64,000 bases of DNA from an uncultured Actinomycetes bacterium (GTDB taxonomy: Bacteria; Actinomycetota; Thermoleophilia; RBG-16-64-13), in NCBI GenBank assembly GCA_963706025.1, contig CAVPLM010000005.1, positions 1,056,001 to 1,120,000 of the forward strand, given 5' to 3'. This document shows positions 59,538 to 64,000 of this stretch, piece after piece. The notes below the pieces were generated by a model. It was given only the letters and a program-made list of their open reading frames with translations, did no database searches and had not been told where the DNA came from. The first letter of the stretch is position 1, and every line of letters begins with the position of its first letter. The position numbers were made by a program, and so were the translations under genes.

Positions 59538-60263
59538 TCAGTACTGGGAACCGGTGCGCTTCAGAAGCTCGAGCGCCACTACCAAGCCCGTCCGCCGGTG
59601 GGGGGCATCCAGGTCGCCCAGCATCCCGTTCAGTTGCTCGAGCCGGTAGTAGATCGTCTGCCGGCGGACGCCGAGTCTCCGCGCTGCTTCGGCGATGTTG
59701 GACCGTGAGGCGAACAAAGCCTCCAGCGTGGCAAGCAGCGTTGCCCGGGGGCGTGCGGGCAAGGCCAGGATCGGCCCCAACTGTCCTTCGATGAAGTGGG
59801 CGCTCCGCTCGGTCTCGATGAGCGAATCTAACAGCGCGTCCAGCATGGGTTCTTCTTGAGAGGGGGCCTGTCGCCCCAAGATACGTTGATGCGCGGCCTT
59901 GGTGAGATCCGCGAACCGCACCTCCTCGTGAAACACGACTAACGGGAACTCCATCAGCCGCGCCGACTGGAGCATGTCGTCGGGCACTTCGCTGAGCCAC
60001 TGGACCAACTCAAGCACCAGCCCCTGCGCCCCCGCCTCCACAAGCGAGCGAAGATAGGATTCCCTCTCCTCAGGCATCACCCGGGCCAACTCGAGCCCGG
60101 TGCTCACCAGAAGCTCGCCGCCGGAAAGAAAGCGCCACGCATCCAGGAGCTCGGACACATGCACCCACGTCACCGGGTCGTCCAGACGCGACCGGCCGGT
60201 CAGCAGCTCCGCCCCAGCAAAGGCCGGGAGTGCCAAGATCTCGCGAAGCGAGGGTAGGCTCAC
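59538..60263 (-). CDS. PucR-family regulator (PucR sensor domain plus HTH_30)
   Basis: VTWVHVSE..GGELLVSTG N-domain and NIAEAARRLGVRRQTIYYRL HTH. Confidence 0.88.
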   Translation of the reverse strand: MSLPSLREILALPAFAGAELLTGRSRLDDPVTWVHVSELLDAWRFLSGGELLVSTGLELARVMPEERESYLRSLVEAGAQGLVLELVQWLSEVPDDMLQSARLMEFPLVVFHEEVRFADLTKAAHQRILGRQAPSQEEPMLDALLDSLIETERSAHFIEGQLGPILALPARPRATLLATLEALFASRSNIAEAARRLGVRRQTIYYRLEQLNGMLGDLDAPHRRTGLVVALELLKRTGSQY

Positions 60264-60467
60264 AGCGATTTCCGGGCCATTAGGGACACACCCGAAGCAT
60301 CTGTGTCACATCGCCCTTTAGACATGGCCTCACTATAGACCATGGAAGACGCCGATTGAGAGATGGGCATCGGTGGACTATGCTCTATCTGCCTGGCGAG
60401 ACGCCCGGCACCAACGTGACCCAGCCGACCGCTTCTGGCCTCCGGGTCCGAAGCTGAAGGAGTCCAC

Positions 60468-60896
60468 ATGACCCTGATCACGACGCTCACCCTCACCGAC
60501 GAGACCGACAGCGAAGCACACTACGCCGAGAAGCTGGGAGAGGATGGATCCCCCCTGCTGGGAACGGTGAGCGTGCAGAAATGGGCCTTGCCCAAGCCAA
60601 CCCCCTCCACCGTGAGAGTCGTTCTTGACTTCTACGAGACCGTCCGGCCTTCATCCTCGCGCCCTGCGGCCGACGTCGCCCACCGGCCCTACGCGGCCGA
60701 GGGCGTTCTTCGACTGGGCGCCAAGGTGATCATCGTCAAGAACCGGCTCTCCGGCATCCACCAGCCCCCTGAATGGCTGGAGCAGTACCTGGGCCGGACG
60801 GGCACGGTCTTGTGGACCACGGCCGGTGGAGCCATGGTGAAACTCGACAACGAAGCGACCTGGTTTCCTTACGCCGAGCTAGAGGTCAGTGGCTGA
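60468..60896 (+). CDS. Hypothetical protein with SH3/KOW-like C-terminal domain
   Basis: AAGGAG RBS and ATG. LGAKVIIV...YLGRTGTV..AMVKLD..WFPYAELEV beta-barrel pattern. Confidence 0.7.
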   Translation: MTLITTLTLTDETDSEAHYAEKLGEDGSPLLGTVSVQKWALPKPTPSTVRVVLDFYETVRPSSSRPAADVAHRPYAAEGVLRLGAKVIIVKNRLSGIHQPPEWLEQYLGRTGTVLWTTAGGAMVKLDNEATWFPYAELEVSG

Positions 60897-60939
60897 CGCG
60901 TCCCCGGCAGCGTTGGCGGGGGACGCCCGAAAAGACCGG

Positions 60940-62097
60940 CTAACTCTCCGGTTCAGGAGGTTCGGCCGTCGGAGGTGACGGGACGTCCGGGGCGGCTGCC
61001 GGCGACGCAGGTGCCGCTGCTGACGTGGGCGACACCGCTGCCGGCGTGGCGCCGGATAGAACCGGGGGTGGCGGGGCGGGCGGAGCTTCTTGGGTGAAGC
61101 AGACCGTCTCCAGGCAGAGACGTCTGCGCACAGGGAAGAGATCAGCGGGCCAGCGCCGGTAGATCGCGCCCCACAGGCCTCGCTGTGCGAAGACGACCAC
61201 CAGGGCCGCGATCAGGCCAATCAGGATCAGATACCAGGTGCCGTAATCCGCGAGGAGCTGCTGGAGGGCGAAGAACACGATGGCCCCTATGATCGGCCCC
61301 TCGATGGTGCCCAATCCGCCGATGACAACGGCGAAGATCATCAGGGCGCTCCATTGCAGACTGAAGGCAGCTTCGGGCTGCGCCCGAAGCAGGTTGAGAT
61401 AGATGACCGCGCCGGTGGCTCCGGTGCCGAACGCGGCCAAGACGTACACCCAGAGCTTGGAACGGGTGATGTTCACCCCCAGGCTGCGAGCCCCAACCTC
61501 GTCGTCCCGGATGGCCGTGAGGGCGACGCCTCGTCGAGAACGCAGGACCAAGTAGACCAGGGCGATAGACCCGACGGCCACAGCTAGAGCCCACCAGAAG
61601 ACGACGGCCTCCCGGGTGGAACGTTCGATCGCGCCCGCACTGTTGATACTGACCCCTGAGCCTCCACCCAACCAGGAGATCTGTGTGACCAGCAGCCGGT
61701 ATACCTCGGCGATCACCCAGGTACCGACGGCAAAGTAGCCGCCCCGGAGCCGGAAAGCGAGTCCGGCCGTGGGGAAGGCGAAAAGCGCCGCCACTATTCC
61801 GGCGATCGGGACGCATAAGAACGGGTTGATGCCGAATTTCTCGGCGAAGACCCACAGCGTGTAGGCGCCGATACCGATGAAGGCCTGCTGGCCGACGGAC
61901 ACCAGGCCGCCATAGCCCGCAAGCAGGTTCCACATCTGAGCCAGGGCTACGAGGGTCAAGAACGTGACCCCCTGCTTCATGATGTTCGAGGAGCCCCAGG
62001 CGGGGACGGTGGCGGCGGCGATGATCACAACCGCGACGAGGGGCAGGGCGATACGGCTCGCTCGGGTGTAGCGTTCGACCTTGAGGGGTGCCGCCAT
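60940..62097 (-). CDS. ABC permease (LivM-like) with Pro/Ala-rich tail
   Basis: WNLLAGYGGLVSVG, RLRGGYFAVGT, AIRDDE and GGLGTIEGP. Confidence 0.92.
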   Translation of the reverse strand: MAAPLKVERYTRASRIALPLVAVVIIAAATVPAWGSSNIMKQGVTFLTLVALAQMWNLLAGYGGLVSVGQQAFIGIGAYTLWVFAEKFGINPFLCVPIAGIVAALFAFPTAGLAFRLRGGYFAVGTWVIAEVYRLLVTQISWLGGGSGVSINSAGAIERSTREAVVFWWALAVAVGSIALVYLVLRSRRGVALTAIRDDEVGARSLGVNITRSKLWVYVLAAFGTGATGAVIYLNLLRAQPEAAFSLQWSALMIFAVVIGGLGTIEGPIIGAIVFFALQQLLADYGTWYLILIGLIAALVVVFAQRGLWGAIYRRWPADLFPVRRRLCLETVCFTQEAPPAPPPPVLSGATPAAVSPTSAAAPASPAAAPDVPSPPTAEPPEPES

Positions 62098-62963
62098 CAC
62101 TGCACCTGCTTCGCGAAGAGGCCCTGCGGCCGGAAGGCGAGGATGGCCAGAAACACAAGGTGTCCGACCAGCATCCCCCAGCCCTGCTGGATGTGATCAC
62201 CCATAACCTGAGCGATACCGAGGATGATTCCACCCACCAAAGTGCCCCAGAGTGAACCCAGGCCCCCGATGATGACGGCCTCGTACGCGAAGATCAGCCG
62301 GAACGGCCCGGCGCTCGGGCTGAACGTCGTCCTGATGCCTATGAACACGCCGCCGATGGCCACTATGGCCAGGGCGACGGCCATGGCCATGCCGTAGAGA
62401 TGACGGTTATCGATGCCCATCAGTTGCGCGGCCCGCTGGTTGTCGGCGGTGGCCCGAAAGGCCCGACCCATGCGGGTGCGGCCCAAGAACAGCTGCAGAC
62501 CGAAAAGGACGATGACCGAGGTTATGATCGTCAGCAACGGGAACCAGCCTATGACCACCTGGTCGCTGATCCGTATGAAGGCGTTCTCGATGACTCCGGC
62601 ATCGAGACCCTTGCTGTTGGCGGTGAATCCCTCGAGCAGCAGGTTCTGGATGATGATGGCGATGCCGAAAGTGGCTAGGATGGCCTGCAGGGGCCCGGCG
62701 TCCATGGCGTAGTTCAGCAGTCCCCGCTGCAGCAGGTAGCCGAAGACGGCCATGACGATCATCACCAGGATGAGGGTGTAGAACGGGTTGATGTTGAGGG
62801 AGCCGACTATGACCAGGGAGATGTAGGCGGCCATGACGCCGAAGTCCCCGTGGGCCAGGTTGACCAGGCGCATGACGCCGAACACGAGCGAGAGACCGGC
62901 GGCGAACAGGGCATAGAGTCCGCCGAGAAGGATCCCTTGGATGATGTCGTTTACCCAGACCAC
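62097..62963 (-). CDS. ABC permease (LivH-like)
   Basis: GLSLVFGVMRLVNLAHGD and GRAFRATADN..AQLMGI. Confidence 0.92.
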   Translation of the reverse strand: MVWVNDIIQGILLGGLYALFAAGLSLVFGVMRLVNLAHGDFGVMAAYISLVIVGSLNINPFYTLILVMIVMAVFGYLLQRGLLNYAMDAGPLQAILATFGIAIIIQNLLLEGFTANSKGLDAGVIENAFIRISDQVVIGWFPLLTIITSVIVLFGLQLFLGRTRMGRAFRATADNQRAAQLMGIDNRHLYGMAMAVALAIVAIGGVFIGIRTTFSPSAGPFRLIFAYEAVIIGGLGSLWGTLVGGIILGIAQVMGDHIQQGWGMLVGHLVFLAILAFRPQGLFAKQVQ

Positions 62964-62966
62964 CCG

Positions 62967-63666
62967 TCACACCCCGAAATAGGCGGCGAAGATCTCTTCG
63001 CTCGATATCTCCGCCGGACTGCCCTCGAGAACCTGGCGTCCCTCGAGCATGCAGGTGATGCGGTCGGCGAACTTCATGGCCTGGCCCACGTCCTGTTCCA
63101 CCAGGAGCACGGTGGTGCCCGATTCGACGATGGCCGGCATGGCCTCGTAGATCTTCTCCACCACCACCGGCGCGAGCCCCAGCGACACCTCGTCCAGAAG
63201 CAGAAGCCGAGGGTTCGACATAAGACCCCGAGCGATGGCCAGCGCCTGCTGCTCTCCGCCGGAGAGGCTGAAGGCCTGCCGCTGGCGGAGCCTGGAGAGG
63301 AGCGGGAAAGAGCTCGTAGACCTTGTCCATGGTCCAGAGCCCCGTGCGCCGGGAGTGGGCCCCTACCATGAGGTTCTCGGCGACGGTCAGGCTGGGGAAC
63401 ACCCAGCGCCCCTCCGGGACGTAGCTGATGCCCAGCCCCACCCTCTTGTGCGGGGGCAGCTGCCCGATGGACTGCCCGTCGAACCGCACCTTGTCGCTGT
63501 CGGTGGGGATGAGACCGCAGATAGTACGGAGAAGCGTGGACTTGCCCGCCCCGTTCGCGCCGATGACGGCGTGCGTCTCCCCTTCCTCGATGCGCAAGTT
63601 GATACCGAAGAGAGCCTGAAAATGGCCGTAGCCGCTGCAGATATCGGTCAGTTCGAGGAGGCTCAT
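62967..63666 (-). CDS. ABC ATP-binding protein (LivF-like); +1 frameshift near 63305
   Basis: GANGAGKST and VPEGR in one frame; LSGGEQQ, LDEVSLGL and VEQD in the next. Extra C in a CCC run. Confidence 0.88.
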
Positions 63667-64000
63667 GGGGCCATGCTTCCCATGTAGACGTCGCGGACTT
63701 GGGGACTGTTTATGACCTCGTTAGGATCGCCCTCGGCGATCAGCCGCCCGAAGTCGATGGCCATCAGTCGGTCGACCACGGCCAGCAGGGCGTGGACGAT
63801 GTGCTCGATCCAGATGATGCTGATCCCTTCGTCCCGAAGCTGCTTGATGGTGTCGATGAGATCGTGGACCTCATGCTCCGTCAGACCGCCGGCGATCTCA
63901 TCGAGAAGCAAGACCTTGGGCTCGGTGGCCAATGCCCGCGCCAACTCTAGGCGCTTACGCTCGAGGAGGCCGAGCGATTCCGCGAGCACATTCGCCCGCG
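63663..64000 (-). CDS. ABC ATP-binding protein (LivG-like), 3' part
   Basis: RKRLELARALA, LLDEIAGGL and IEH. Extends beyond the window end. Confidence 0.9.
   Translation of the reverse strand, partial: RANVLAESLGLLERKRLELARALATEPKVLLLDEIAGGLTEHEVHDLIDTIKQLRDEGISIIWIEHIVHALLAVVDRLMAIDFGRLIAEGDPNEVINSPQVRDVYMGSMAP

Noticed and set aside
1217-63306. Programmed frameshifting or Sec/Pyl recoding as the cause of the split genes
   Set aside because: The breaks are frame changes, not in-frame TGA or TAG codons. They share no slippery motif and affect unrelated housekeeping genes.

Overview
High-GC bacterial chromosome segment. Lipoprotein-tethered solute-binding proteins, TTGACT-N17-TANNNT promoters and Mo/W and Fe-S enzymes suggest an anaerobic actinobacterial (possibly Thermoleophilia-like) organism; this is inference only. 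The left part is mostly housekeeping: a partial TusA-family gene, an RRM protein, a trehalose cluster (otsB-DUF5752-treT-otsA), EamA/LysR, ilvDBNC, gabT with a tungsten AOR, an IDH-family dehydrogenase, CapA, and an ADP-forming acyl-CoA ligase next to a CoA-transferase-GNAT fusion. The centre (about 24.7-52.5 kb, almost all minus strand) is a catabolic island. It holds two pyrogallol-transhydroxylase-type Mo enzyme large subunits with one Fe-S subunit, an HMGS-like/DUF35 fusion with a thiolase, a lactonase, a NicX/M29-fold protein, MarR, an amidohydrolase-2 enzyme, and TRAP and Liv-type importers. It also holds an operon with a 6-oxocamphor-hydrolase-like crotonase, a 3-hydroxyacyl dehydrogenase, an SDR and a BKACE enzyme. 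Together these look like a variant anaerobic trihydroxybenzene/phloroglucinol pathway, linked by a 26-bp operator that occurs three times. The right part has a nitrilase, DUF47/Pit, a lipoprotein, PucR-aminotransferase-mmsA and a second Liv ABC system. A dispersed REP-like stem-loop family occurs five times. Nine apparent single-base insertions split genes and are probably long-read errors. I saw no rRNA, tRNA, CRISPR array or transposase. All functional calls come from motif recognition; no database searches were run.
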